Positions 48,152-61,276 of a DNA stretch of 64,000 nucleotides are shown here, in pieces. The position numbers and the translations under genes are program-made. The notes under the pieces are model-generated. The model was not told the origin of the DNA. It made no database searches and was given only the letters and a program-made list of their open reading frames with translations. Position 1 is the first letter of the stretch. Every line of letters starts with the position of its first letter. The stretch is from Daphnia carinata (Eukaryota): positions 1,984,001 to 2,048,000 of the forward strand of contig NC_081334.1 of assembly GCF_022539665.2 (NCBI RefSeq), read 5' to 3'.

Positions 48152-49069
48152 ACAATTGGCAATTTTTTTTATTAAAAAGCTTTTTTTTTTTTTGCTAGCA
48201 GACGGAGGGGGTTAGGCCTCCTCCTGAAAAAGTGTGTGCCAATGTCTTGCGAAAAAAGAAAAAGCATTTTTTAAATTATAATTTTGAGAAGAAAAAAACG
48301 CATTGCCTTAAAAAGAAATGCATTTCGGCGGATACGTTCCGTTCATTTCCCAGTCCTTCCATTTGATAAGCTCATAACACAAACCTGAAATAATTTTTTT
48401 TATTTGATCCCTTATTGTTTGAAAGAATTTGCCATGTTTTAACCTCTGATTGGTCTCTTTTCAACTTCATATATATATATATTTGTAAATATGTAAATGA
48501 ATGCTGCCCATTTAAAAAATTTTGTACACGGACCAACTTCCTCCCTCCCCGCATTGTTGAAGCCCAGAAATTTCTGTTTGGAAATCAAGAAATGAAAAAA
48601 AAAAAAGTGAAGAAGGATCGTCTTTCATCGCTGTCAATTTTACAAGAAGAAAAAAAAAACAAAAAACAAAAGCGCAACGAAAAACGAGAATGTGCCCCAG
48701 TCAATTGCTCAACTCAACTGATTCCACGAGTTTTGTATTCGCGCTGACAACGATGAAATGATGTGCTAAAAAGCGGCCACTCTGCGAGAACCGGTTTTTA
48801 TTATTTTGAAGTGCCTTACAAATGACATCTTTTTTTTTTGCTGGGGGAAAAAAGCTACGCCCTTTTATATTTTGAAAAAAAAAACTCGAAATGGATCAAC
48901 TTAAAAGAAAAAAAACGGCAACTCGGGGCATCGAAACTAATTTGTAAAAACATTCAATGTTTGGAAAAGGAAGCCTCCGGTTTGGCTTCGTGCCTAGAAG
49001 AAAAGAAAAAAGAAGACAAGGTTGAATGAGCTGTTGTCGTGATGTCTTTTTAACAAGCGAATCTTAATA

Positions 49070-52000
49070 TTACCAGCGTGTGAGATCGAGACGAGGAATT
49101 TGGTAACCCGAGCAGTGTTTGCGTGGGTTGCTTTCGCTGACGGCCTCTAATGCTCTCTCTTGAATCGTGTCCATGGCGTCACCATTCTCGCAAAGGACCC
49201 TGGCTAGGGTCACATCGCGTATGGAACTCAATTGATCTGCATTCATATGCAAATGAGTGCCACTTTTTCTTTTCTTTTTTTTTTTTGAATTTCAACCTGT
49301 TGTTTGAATTGTTTTTACCTGGGGTGAAACGCAGCAGAGGATCGTCGGTTTCATACCAAAAACGATCGCCGCGTTTCGCTCGAACAAACTGGTCGGCGAT
49401 GATGCAGCTGGCCGTCGGTCCCAACAGTCCGTCGGGCAGAGGATTCTCGGCCAACATTCCAGTGAAAAGATCCAAATGCGTCGCATCGCTGTCGCATTAC
49501 CAAACGAAATATTTAACATTTTTTACGCTTTAAAAGAAAGAACAGGTCGTCGTTAAGCGGCAGGCGAGGAGTTTTTCTTACACGTAAAAGCGTTGGATGA
49601 GTTCCAGCGAGTGAGGACGGAAGAACTCTTTCATCTGCGTGAAGTTGGCAGCCGGTGGCAGGTGGCATACCTCGCGCCATTTGTAGTAAGGCGGAAGGCC
49701 GTGGTCCCGTCCTCGCTGGATGTTGAAAGCGAACAGGTCGAATCCGAAAGAAGCGTTTTCCTGCTGGAACAGATGATTGGCCACCTGCAAAACGGTAAAG
49801 TAAGACCCGATATTTCAAATCAATTTCCAAATTTGATTTTTATGATTTTTATTTGTTACTTCTGCAGCGAATGAAGTGTGGATCGGCCTGGGATTCTGCG
49901 CCGCGCTGCCGCGGATCAGCTCGTCCACCTTACCGTATTGCCACATGGAAAACGGATTGTACAGCATCGTGTGCAATGGAGCAAACTCGGTGACACCACT
50001 TCCAGCCTGTTCGAAAGCCACTAGGTCCTATACCCCCCCAAAAAATTAAAATTAAATAACCTAAATCAATTCGTTTTATTCATGCAGGTACCTTAATCAT
50101 GCTGTGATAAAACCGGAAGGCGGCCGATGCAAAAGAATTGGCGACTCCGGCGTCCAGATTATCGTCATAGCCGTGGAAATAACCTTCCTTTAAAGGATTC
50201 AACCCCAACGACTTGGTCAGCTTCTCTCCTGAAGTAGCACAAATGCGTCGTGATTTATTATTTTTCGAAGAGTGCAGCCCAGTTGTAGGACTTCAGTTAA
50301 CATACCGAGCAAAAGCGGAACGAATTCGTTGTAAACGACGTGCTGCATTTCAGCGATGACGACACGCCGACTCTCTTGGTACAAACGTTCGTCGCTCCAA
50401 TGACCGTTGATTTTGATGAAGAAGTCGGTGACGCGGTTGTGTTCTCGCATCCAAATCTGATTCATGTTCGTCAAACCGATGAATTCATTCACGCGGAGGT
50501 CACCTGGTTTTTAATGTAGATTATATTATTGATTTTATCTTTGGTGATTGAATGTTTTGCTAATTTTGATAGGGAACCTGAACGGAAGCAGGGCGTGTTG
50601 GCTTCCAACATGTCGGGACGGTTACAGCCATCGTTGAGATCTTTGGATCGGAGTAACATGTAACGTCCGTCCGGCTCGGTGGGCGATTTCATGTAGCCTC
50701 CGTCAACGTCACGAAGTTCGTGTTCGTCCTTTTCCGTTGTTGAGTAAACGTTGGACAAGTCGATGTAAGAAGACGCTTGATTCATCTGTTCTCGCACGCC
50801 TGTCATAATCCAATTATGAAGGGCAAAACATAAACAAATTTTAAAAAATAAACTCGTCGATTGGATTACCAATGTGACATTGGGGAGCGGGTGCCGAACG
50901 GACAAAGTCCATGCACATAAGACCTTTCTCTTTGTAGAAGGGGTCGTTACTCTTAAGTTCGAGAGCGAAGCATTCCGGATGGCGTTCTTCGGCGCCGCAA
51001 CACGGAATGGCACTACGGTTAGCACCTGCATTGTTTCAAAATCAATAACCAAGTTACGATTTTAAAATTTTCATTTCTTTTAGGCAGACCTTTATAAGCG
51101 GCAATGTTGCTGAAATCGTGATCGAGGAAATGAGCAAAATGGACAAAGAGCATCGACAGTCTAGGCTCATCATATTGATTGGTTGCGTTTTGCATGCAAA
51201 TGCTGACTTGACGTCCGGGCGGATGAATTCCGGTCGGGAAAGACGGTTTGGGCTTAGAGAATCCGTCTTCGTACTCGGCTGGCAACATGCGCCGAAAGGG
51301 CTGCAGGGCAGATCCCCATTGTGGGTGCTGTAAATTATTACAGATACCATCCATCCAGCGGTATTTATCTTTTGCGGAGCATTTAAATCCGCCGAACGGC
51401 GAATGCCCTTCGCCACACTGTGGCCATTGTTCCTGCAAGAAACGCCAGCCGGATTTTTGAAGAGTTTCCAGTTCGATCTGATGGTCTTTGAGGCAACGCA
51501 GAGTGGCTTCGGCCATGACACCCGATTGGATCCAGTCCACTGATTCCTCGTTCAGGGCCGTCGACATTTGGTGGTAGAAAGCCGGACCTTTAGGCTCCAC
51601 TAGAGTCTTTTCCATCGCCTTTCGGCGGTTCACTTCATTCCGACCTTCTGTGTTGCATTCCTTCAGCAAGTCCATGTCTACAGTTGGAGTGGGTGTCTCC
51701 CAAGAAGCCATATCTTTTCCTTTGAATTCTCTTGAACGACCTGAGCAACAACACATTTGTTTAACGAGGTAAAAAAGATAGCACACATTTTCAGTTTTAG
51801 AAAATTAGAAAATTAAAAAATTAAAAAATTACCTTTTTTAATAGGGAAGGAGACTTGCAAAAGCGAATGCTCCACGTTTAGGTCAAGCGGCGTGACATCC
51901 GTGGGTAGAGGGCCGTCATCAGCTGAATCATTGTCGACAACAAATAGAAAGACAGTGGCAACTATCAAGCTGGTGGCTACCCTATAATAGAACAAGAAAA

Positions 52001-52181
52001 AAAAGGGAATCAAACATTGGTAATTATTAAGTCATTTAGAATTATTAACTCACAAGACAACGCTGAAAGTAGCTAATTTGCAATTACGACGGCTGGCCAG
52101 GTTCTTTTTCATGCGATTGTAGTGGTTGTAGGTGGGTGTCGTTTCTTCTGTATAACCGCACAACGGATCCAGCTCAGACAT
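49070..52181 (-). CDS. Animal heme peroxidase with an N-terminal type II membrane anchor (cardinal/chorion-peroxidase-like)
   Basis: GCCACCATG start at 52181; hydrophobic anchor LATFSVVLVATSLIVATVFLFVV; YRWMDGICNN, FLDHD, GDLRVNE, REHNR, FRFYHS, NIQRGRDHG and GDRFWYE. Confidence 0.9.
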
Positions 52182-52720
52182 GGTGGCTGGCTCTTGATGT
52201 TTAGCGAAAACGATTAAAATGATTGAACCGGCGAATTTTCAGTAACAGCTATTTCGATAGAACGAATGCGCATCAATTCTGTTGGCCAACTGGCCTGTCT
52301 GACGGCCAAATGAAACCTTTTCATGGGTGAAACGAAGCAGAACCGGATACCAACAAGGAATTATAAGTCTACCTTCCTGTCTTTTTGTTTCATCCGTCTA
52401 CCTTTCCTAATGGGATGAAGCCCGTCGCGTGTAAATAGACACAGTGAGCTATGGCAAAAGACAGGGAGTAGAAGCGTAAACGTAACCTATCCTGATTCTT
52501 TACACTCACTCTTCTTATGTTTCCGTGCCTTTTGGCATACTCAACGAGGAAATGAAGTGTCACAAATTCTAGAATATTGAAATTTTATTATGTAATGTTT
52601 TTATCCGAAATTTACAAAAAGGAAAACAAAATGATATTCATCACTCGTGTGAAAAATGGAGAAATTAAAAATGATATAACTTGTTGTGCAAAATAAGACG
52701 TAAAATGTGCTCAGGGAGGG

Positions 52721-53876
52721 GCTAAGATAAGCTACAACTGTTGCTAGAAGAAGACGGTGTTGCGTTTGCAGTAGGGGTTGGTGCCTGTTCACCCCTTTGC
52801 AGGGCGAGGGCCAACATCCGGTCGGCTTCCTCTTGCTGGTTAGCGGTAAGAGGGGTCTGATCTTGCAATGACGCTTGCATAGCCCGTGCTAGAGCTTCGT
52901 CTTCACTCTATTAAAATAAATTTAAAAAAAACCAAAAACTTTCCTACATGTCTCTTTTGAAAGGATTATCAAATCAATAACGTACTAGATTTCCTTGAAC
53001 AGTCGCAACAGCAAACGCTCTGGGGAGATTAGTAGTACGAGCAACATTCGCGCTGACATTATTGCTAGTGTTGTGCGGTTTAGAAGGGCCGCTTCGTTTT
53101 GTGAAAATACCCGAACCGCTGGCAGCGCGGGCTAAAGCAGCTTCTCTACATTCCAAGAAATGGGAACATTAGTAATGAAATATGAAGCAAAAATGCAAAA
53201 CAAATATCACCTGGCTCTGTCAGCAGGGTTATTTCCTTTGCAGTTATGGTCGATGGCATGCCTGTGCCTCAAACAAAAATTCATTTTACACTGGTCACAC
53301 ACCACTGGAATCACTTCTTTCTTTTTGCAGCCTTTTAAAGTACAATGATTTCCAAAAACCTAAGATTTGAGTAAATAAAAATAAATCATTAAGATATTCA
53401 TGGGAAAAAATGAATTTCTTTACAAAACATGAACTACCTTTCTCTTCTGTTTCGCAGGGTCTGATTGACAATCACGATCAATGTGATCACTAACTGCAAT
53501 ATCTGGAGCTTCTCCTCTCTTCCATGGTACAGGTTGGTTGCATAAAGGGCAGACTGGCACCTGGATATCTTTTTTGTATGACGACTGACATTTATGCAAT
53601 TCATATCTGATATGGTCTTTGCTGCAATGAACCAAATACAATTTATTTTTTTCATGTGGTGTTAAACATTAAACACAATAAACTTACCAGAATGTTTGTT
53701 CACAAGCATCACATTGCATAGGCAAAAAATCTACCAAGAAAACAAAGTAAGGTTATCTATTTGTATGTTGTATAAGAATGCTTTTTAAACATGCAAGAAA
53801 AAGTATGTCACAGCTATGTACCTAACTGATTACAAGTTTTCTCTGAACAGTGTTTTCCTAAATGAGGAAATTCCAT
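52721..53876 (-). CDS. ZFAND2B: AN1-type zinc finger protein 2B (AIRAP-like)
   Basis: MEFPHLGKHCS..C..LDFLP, QVPVCPLC, a second AN1 finger (FCLRHRH), two UIM-like motifs (SEDEALARAMQAS, EEADRMLALAL) and a C-terminal CaaX box CSLS*. Confidence 0.92.
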
Positions 53877-54417
53877 GGTTCTTGATGACAACCAACAGGA
53901 TCACTGATCGGAGACGTATGAGATATTCACGGCTTTCTTTACAGTCTATATACTCCGACAGTTTCACAATTCTCTGTTCAAACTTGAACAATCTAGAGAA
54001 GTCCGAATCGTGACGCATCAATAAAAATACATATTCATTTGTTGCACTGAAATCCTCAACATAACATTGGGAACGTTGTCTGCTATAACAATCGTAAATT
54101 CGTTGTTGCCCAACATAAACGGATTATTTTATTTATTTTATTTAACCACTTGAAAATCCTATATGTATCCATCATGTTAAATAAAAAATTTAAAAAATTT
54201 AAACATGAAGTAAATTTGATGTAGCTTATTTATGGATAAATTAATATTGATGTAAATGTATTATTTACTCTTATTCTAACCACCCAATGTTGCAACCTGC
54301 ATTTAACAGGCCGGCGTCATATTAGATGTGAGCGTGTGCGAGTTATATTAAATTAAATTGTTCTTAAAGTTTCTTAGATATCCTCCTCGTTTACGTTAGA
54401 GCAGAAAAAATATCATC
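53877..54417. promoter_or_regulatory. Probable bidirectional promoter shared by ZFAND2B and API5
   Basis: 541 bp between divergent start codons. Confidence 0.55.
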
Positions 54418-56598
54418 ATGGACATCATCGATAAAATGTACCAACATTACGAAATTTTGAATGACGCGAAAGATGATATTGGGAAGGTAATACACATTGC
54501 TTAAATCAGATGTTGCTTGGACAGATATTGCCAACTTTAAGTTTATTTTGTTTTAAAATTTAGCACAGAAAAGAGTATGAAGAAATCTTGGGAGCAGTAA
54601 AAGGATCTGATAAAGAAAAGAAACTGGCTTCACAGTTTATTGCAAAGTTTGCCAAGTCATTTCCAGACTTGGAGAATGAAACTATTGATGCAATGTTCGA
54701 CTTGTGTGAAGATGATGATGTGCTGGTATGTACAGATGATTGTTATTTTGCTTTGATTGTATCAATATAAGATGTTTTCTTTCTTGACCATTTAGATTCG
54801 GAAGCAAGCAATCAAGGATCTTGTCACCGTGTGCAAGGATAACAAGGGAGCTGTACGGAAGATTGCTTACGCCCTTGCTCAAATTCTTCAGTCTGAAGAC
54901 AATTCAGAAGTCACTGCTGTGCACAACTCAATTGCAGCATTATATCAAATTGATCCTGCTGGTAAAGAAAATGTTATAATATCAATTGGTATTTCATTTC
55001 CTATTTGTTTTGTACATATAGCTACGATAGAGGCATTGTTCTCTGAATTGGCTGAAGATAATGAAGTAATGAGGGAACGAACACTTAAAATGCTTGCATT
55101 GAAGCTTAGAAGTCTTGAAACTGGTGTGATGAAGCCAGAAGTGAAAGAATTGTTGATTAAGGAATGCAAGAAAATTTTACAGGTAAATATGTGTATTTGT
55201 TGGGTAATTAGGACTGTTATCACACCTTACCTATGTAGGATGTGACAGCAGATGAATTTGTTTTAGTTATGGCAATTCTTGGACAGTGTAAAATAGCTGA
55301 TACAGTAAGTGGACAACAACAGTTGGTGGATCTTGTTGCTGAACAGTGCAACTTTTCTCAAGTTTTCAACCCTGCTGACCAAGAACATCTGGATCGGATT
55401 ATTATATGCATAAAACATGCTTTGCCTTACTTCTCGGTAATAACGTATACTGTTTGCAGACTAGAATTTTTGGACTAACTCGTGGCTTTACTGTAGACTC
55501 AAGTGAAATCGACTGCATTTGTTTCATTCATCTGTGACCAAGTTCTGCCACATCGTAATGAAATCGGGCAAAGTGAACAAAAACTGGACATTTTCAAGTT
55601 GCTTGCGGAACTGAGCTCAAACTGTGGCCCTCTAGATCCAGCTGTGGATCGAATCCAAATCGTATATGATACCCTTTTGGTATTAGTACTGAATTTCTCA
55701 TAAAATATTGAATTTTGAAGATTAATCTTAATTGTTTATCTAGGAGTATATGCCTCTTCCACCGCCCGTAACCGAAGAAACTAATGGTGCCGGATCTACG
55801 ACTGAAACCGAGATTCGATTAGAGTTTACATTTGTAGAGTCGTTAATCTTTGTTTTCCATCAGTTGGCTCGTCAAAACCGGGAGTTCTTGACGGAGAATG
55901 CAGACCGCATAAAAGATTTTCGTTCTAGGTATCTAATTGTTGGTTTATTATAGACTTGCAAAATACTCAACCTCCAAACTTTTTTTTTGGCAGGTTGCAA
56001 TATTTCGCTCGAGGAGTCCAAGGCTACATAAAGAAGTTGCGGGAATCATTGCAAGACAAAGGTGTCGACCAACTTAAAGACGAAGAAAGTCGAATTAAGT
56101 TTACCGCGTTGAGAACGACCTCCAACATCAACTCTATTATTCGCGACCTTTTCCGGAATCCCCCAATCTACAAAGCGGTCGTAACTTTGTCTTTCAAACC
56201 TACAAACGCGTCACAAGTAAGTTTTGCAATTTAAAACAATTGCGTACAATGTGGTAAGATAATTGATTTTGCTCTCTTAGGCAGCTAAACATGCCGCAGC
56301 TGTTGCCAGCGGTAATGACATCGGATCAGAGGCGGTGGGAGTTGGGAAACGTCACGCGCCCATAACATTCGACAGTTCACCATCTAAAGTTCGCGCAAAC
56401 ACAGATAATCGTAATAGACAACCATATGTTGTTCCAACTGGCAAATTTAGTGCCAATGTGTCGCACGGGGGAGGTATGTTTGTATGAATGTTCGCATAGA
56501 AGAAAACAATATTAATTCTTATTTGCGTTTTAGATGCCCGTCCCCGCGGCCGCGGTGGGTACAGGGGAGGGCGAGGGTTTCGGCGGGGAGGGTACTAG
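54418..56598 (+). CDS. API5: Apoptosis inhibitor 5 (API5/Aac11), multi-exon
   Basis: KGSDKEKKLASQFI, FDLCEDDD..IRKQAIKDL, DFRSRLQYFARGVQGYIKKL and ALRTTSNIN; C-terminal RGG-rich tail; TAG at 56596-56598. Confidence 0.93.
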
Positions 56599-58446
56599 AT
56601 TACTAGAATCCCCTGTCCCCTTTCAAGTCTGGTAGAAATCATGCATTTCCTTCTTTCCCTTTCCCACTTGAATCCAGAAGCGCCCTTTTTCATCTTATTC
56701 ATTTCAAAATGGTAACCACGAAGCGGTTGGTAAATTAAAGAGAAATCTGGTATTGTGCGTCGGTGAAGGGACGGACTAAGTACGTTGGAAAGATAGCTTC
56801 AATCTCGCCAAATACCCTGTGGATGTTGATTTTGACATACAAATTGCAGTTTTTTTAAAATACGTTTGTCATTTACTTAATGATTCAGATTTTCAACAGG
56901 TAGCCGGCGTTGCGACATGTTAATGCTCGTTTCATTGTTCTGTCTAGAATTGCGGTTGGCGGTAGAAGTGATATGACTTACTGGAAGGTCCTGTGCCTAT
57001 TTGGTTGTGTTGAAAAACATTTTCGAGATAGTTAACACACTTTCATTTCCATTCAGAAGCTGAAACCAATCGCACTTCACAAGTCATTAACAATTTTTTA
57101 CAAAGATTTTGAATATTTTTTAGGTACAAAGCCGATTGGCTGCACTCCATTGTTTCGCTAAAAAGAGATGAAGTTTAGATTTCCTACTTCAGCGTCCGTC
57201 CCTGAACCGTAATCACAATTTAGGTTCTGCTATTGTTTGTCATCCCTACTCTCGTCATTAATTAATACAATGATACATTTATCACGGAAGGTTATTACCG
57301 TAGTTCTAAGACAGTGAGTTCTAGAATGGCAGAGGGAAACTTCAGATCGGCTTTATTTTTCCGCCCATTTTTTCCTAAAAGTGTCATTCGAACCCAAAGT
57401 AAACAGTATAGACATTTGGCGGATCGAAATACCAAACTACCAGAAACTGCTATCCATATTGCTTGCATGATCTCCAGAAAAGAGTGAAACGTATGTGATA
57501 TGGTAGCTATTTTTTGTGTACTAAGCCCCTATCCCACATAGATTGTTTGAATATTGTTTGTTTCAAAAATTTATTTTGATGACAGGAAGAGCCTAAAGGA
57601 AGACATCGTTCCTCAAGCTACCTTGGAGGACCATCTTCGCGGAAAAATCACTTCATTTACAGATTCGGTAGGTAAAAGCGTTATAGGAAATATGTTTTTT
57701 ATCTGTTAATGTTAAGCTTTCTTGGTAAAATTTTAATGGTTTGTTCCGTCAACGCCAGATAGCGCCCTATGTTAGTCACCTTGCTAGTAGTTTTCCAGCC
57801 AGTTGCTTTTGTGACGTGGTTGAACGATATAAGTTTTTTGTTGCTTGTTGTTGCTTTGATGTAGACTTTATGAAGTGTGAAGGCCAATTGGGCGTTGATG
57901 AGGAAAGCCTATGGCCTCTTGCCTGCCTTTTTTTTTGTGTGAAAGAGTCAGCATAGTGATTATTCTATGAATGACATTAGCACAAAATTGGTTTGCTGGC
58001 CACGTGTAAGCCATGACGGTAACAGTTTGAAAACAATTTACGTTCGGTTATTATATATATTACTCTGCTGCTTTTTATTCCTGAACAAAGAGAAACTAAA
58101 ATTAGTTAAAATTTATGCAAGAAATAATGGTTGGGTATGATTTTAAGACTAAAGATTTGTTGCCTATAAATATGCTGCAAGTTACACATTCGAAATTGGA
58201 TAAGCACGAGTAAAAGTTGTCACTTTACTTTGTGAAGATCGCGTATTAAATTGAATGTGCGTATTCAATTGAATGTAGCCTATAATTTCTCTGCTTAAAT
58301 CTAGTCATTTTCGTAAGCAGTGTACAGTAGAGAGAAATTCGTGACGAGAATTCTCCAGTTGCGTCAATGGGATGAATCGATCGAGACTAATCCACCATCT
58401 TGTGCCGGCTGTTTTGTTCTACACCAATGACAGATGGCGTTGAGAT

Positions 58447-58510
58447 GATGGTTCGTTGTTTGTTCGTAGATGGTTCGTTGTTTGTTCGTAGATGGTTCGT
58501 TGTTTGTTTA
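58447..58510. repeat. 22-bp tandem repeat, ~3 copies
   Basis: gatggttcgttgtttgttcgta repeated. Confidence 0.85.
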
Positions 58511-59939
58511 TAGAGGGTGTTGCAAGCTGCGTTTCCGCTTGGAATTCAAAGATCGCGAGGCAACTCAATGACCGCAATCTGTTTTGGAATTGGTATAATG
58601 GAACTCTGGTAGGAAACTGCAAGTTGTTTTCTTACAGAATTATTAGAGCAACAAAAAATGCCGAAACAGTATCCAAAAATGTTTGTGATTTCTACTTTTT
58701 TGCATTACAAAGATGCTAAGTTGCAAGAAAGAGCTTATATTGAAGAGGAGACTGTAAGGCATATACGTCGAATATTGATGGATTACTCAGGAAGGAACGA
58801 GTTTGGTCTTACTCTTCTACTGGACTATGGTATGCTACCAACATTTTCATCTCACAATGCATATGGAACAGCAGTGAAATCTTAGTTAAATGTTAAATCC
58901 AAATAATGTATTTTCCTAAATACTTAAATTTGTGAATAAACAACTTGTTCTGAAATTCCTGTTAGATTTTACTTTATTTTAGTAATACACAAAAAAAATA
59001 GATGTCGCTGGTGCGCAACCTTTTTTGTTTACTGAGGGTGTGTGGCAGTGGTGTGGCAAGTGAAACTTGTTTGAAAGCTTTGGATAATTGTGTTATATTC
59101 CAACGGGCAGTTAAATAAAACTAACTACAATTAAGTGATCCACTCCCTGTATAGTTTTTGGAAGTGAAGCATACCAAATGGTTGGTTTTTTATGTAACGG
59201 GTAATCTTGTAAGCTGTGCAAGCTGCCAATTCCAAACAGTCATAGATTGCCCTGTTAAATGACCTTAGCATTCCATCATGCCATTGTGTTGCTCATTGAG
59301 AGGTATCTAACTTGTATTTTGGCCTTCAGCAAACCAATTGACATGATTCTACCTATAAGATCTTGCTCGTGGAACTTGCAACACAAAAGATAATAACCAA
59401 AAGGAAGGTTACTAATGATGTGCATTCGTGGAATCAAAATGCCCCTGTCTCCTTCTGCCATACATTGCCCAGATATCAGTATCAGTTTTGATCTGATAGA
59501 TGCATTGTGTTCCACTTTGTTTTGTTAAAGACGGTTAACCACCACCTGCCAACACACATTGACATGGATGTCAACACAATCTCTTTTGGTATTTTAAGTT
59601 TTAGGCTTGCCTAGTGTTGCTTTCTCTTCAAATTTAGTATTCCATCGCAGGACTGCCAAGCCTTGGCCTTCTTCAGCAACATTGGTTGCTCTACAATTCT
59701 TGCAGTCTTCGCCAACAGTTGTAAGTAGAATTTCCGTTTTGTTATAATTAAGCCAATAATCCCATATCCCCAAGTAGTGACATATTTTCTTCAACTTTAT
59801 CGTTTAGAACCATTTCGTCTTCTCCTTCAGTCCCACGCAAAATTGGAAATTAAAATTCTAAGTTTTGCCTGTTTTCGCTTCATGGTCCGTCTGCACCTCG
59901 CTCGTCGCATCGTTTTCACCTTGGCCGTCGCACAATCTT

Positions 59940-60370
59940 CGCCTCGCCCATCACCCCGTCGTCGCCCCGCCCGTCACCCCGTCGTCGCCCCGCCCGTCAC
60001 CCCGTCGTCGCCTCGTGGTCGCCTCGCCCGTCTTCGCCTCGCCCGCCGTCGCCTCGCCTCGCCTCGCCCGCCGTCGCCTCGCCTCGCCTCGCCCGCCGTC
60101 GCCTCGCCTCGCCCGCCGTCGCCGTCGCCTCGCCTCGCCCGCCGTCGCCGTCGCCTCGCCTCGCCCGCCGTCGCCGTCGCCTCGCCTCGCCCGCCGTCGC
60201 CGTCGCCTCGCCTCGCCCGCCGTCGCCGTCGCCTCGCCTCGCCCGCCGTCGCCGTCGCCTCGCCTCGCCCGCCGTCGCCTCGCCTCGCCCGCCGTCGCCT
60301 CGCCTCGCCCGCCGTCGCCTCGCCTCGCCTCGCCCGCCGTCGCCTCGCCTCGCCCGCCGTCGCCTCGCCC
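59940..60370. repeat. GC-rich composite satellite of CGCCT/CGCC/CGCCGT units
   Basis: Nearly A-free on the plus strand, with recurring 19-25-bp higher-order units such as cgcctcgcctcgcccgccgtcgccgt. Confidence 0.95.
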
Positions 60371-60411
60371 TCTTGGTATTGTGTGTTTTGTAATGTTTAT
60401 TGTTAACTAAC

Positions 60412-60717
60412 CCGTTGGCTGCCACCCACCTTTTATCCCCTTTTTTTTGTAGCTTGACAGGGACGGGCCGCGCTGTTCTGCTCCATGGTCTATCTGCCAT
60501 GGGGTGGAGCAGCGCCACTGCCCAAGATTGGCCGAATGGCCCATAGGCAATGCACCATAGGGTATCCCTTGTTCGAGACGGCGATGTAGACCTGGGATGT
60601 GCATTTCCGTAAAGGTCTCATCGCCGTTTCAGCCCGGACTGTCCTCAGTCCCCCTTGGTCGCTATCCCTATGATAGCGACGTAGCGACCGTAGATAAGAT
60701 GGCGTGGCAGCCAACGG
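60412..60717 (+). ncRNA. Candidate structured RNA (or ssDNA) domain A, family unknown
   Basis: Perfect 14-bp closing stem 60412-60425/60704-60717. Internal stems: 60470-60488/60497-60515 (19 bp, four G-U, no mismatches), 60575-60593/60613-60630, 60636-60640/60647-60651 and 60658-60666/60672-60680. Confidence 0.5.
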
Positions 60718-60862
60718 ATTAGTTTTAAGTGTATTTATGTATGTATTATTGTATGTGTTATGTGAAAGATGTATAGAGGTGGATTTGTGGGTGGAAGGAG
60801 GGAAAATAAATTGCTTTGTAATATTATTTATTTTTTGCATTTATTTATTAGGTTGTTTTATT

Positions 60863-60933
60863 GACTGATATGGGAATCGAACCTAACTATTCTAGTATGC
60901 TAATCAATAGCTTTACCATTATGCCACCTATAA
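60863..60933 (-). other. Degenerate tRNA-like element (A and B boxes)
   Basis: Minus strand TGGCATAATGG ... GGTTCGATTCC; no paired acceptor stem. Confidence 0.6.
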
Positions 60934-61023
60934 CTTATTTATCTCGTGATAGGCATTCCATAATAACCTTGTGTCGAACTTATTTTTACATAGGCATCAA
61001 AATTTGAATCGATGTAGATAAGG

Positions 61024-61094
61024 ACACTCATGGCGCAACGGTAGCGCGCTGTGCTGGAATGCTATGAGTTTGTGGTTCAAGTCCCACCCCATTT
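61024..61094 (+). other. Degenerate tRNA-like element (5' half resembles tRNA-Trp)
   Basis: TGGCGCAACGGTAGCGCG with a paired D arm and T-arm-like GTGGTTCAAGTCCCAC; acceptor and anticodon arms do not pair. Confidence 0.6.
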
Positions 61095-61276
61095 AACTCA
61101 ATTCAAATAGATAGAAAAAAATTGATGAATGTAATGAATGAATACAGCGAACACAGACAATGAAAGAAAGATTTTGGAAAAAACTTTTTTCAAAAAAAAT
61201 TTTATTGACAATTCTCTGCACATTACAATTATTTTTGCAACTTTAAAAAGGCATAATAGCCCTTTCAAAAGTTGCC

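Noticed and set aside
57580..58890. Exon-like fragments on the plus strand
   Set aside because: No recognisable product, and no coherent gene model could be assembled.
59276..59515. ILIPRMHIISNLPF resembles the Helitron PIF1 helicase C-terminal segment
   Set aside because: The following diagnostic QFP/AMTINKSQG motifs are absent, so the match may be chance.
59777..60518. Arg/Pro/Ser-rich ORFs in several frames
   Set aside because: Produced by a stop-free GC satellite; no coding evidence.
60405..60635. Hammerhead-like GAUGA...GAAA on the minus strand and a telomerase-template-like CTAACCC
   Set aside because: The CUGANGA core and stems are not satisfied; the template-like match is too short to mean anything.
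60863..61094. Functional tRNA genes (also at 20628-20835)
   Set aside because: Acceptor and anticodon stems do not pair, so they are kept only as tRNA-like elements.
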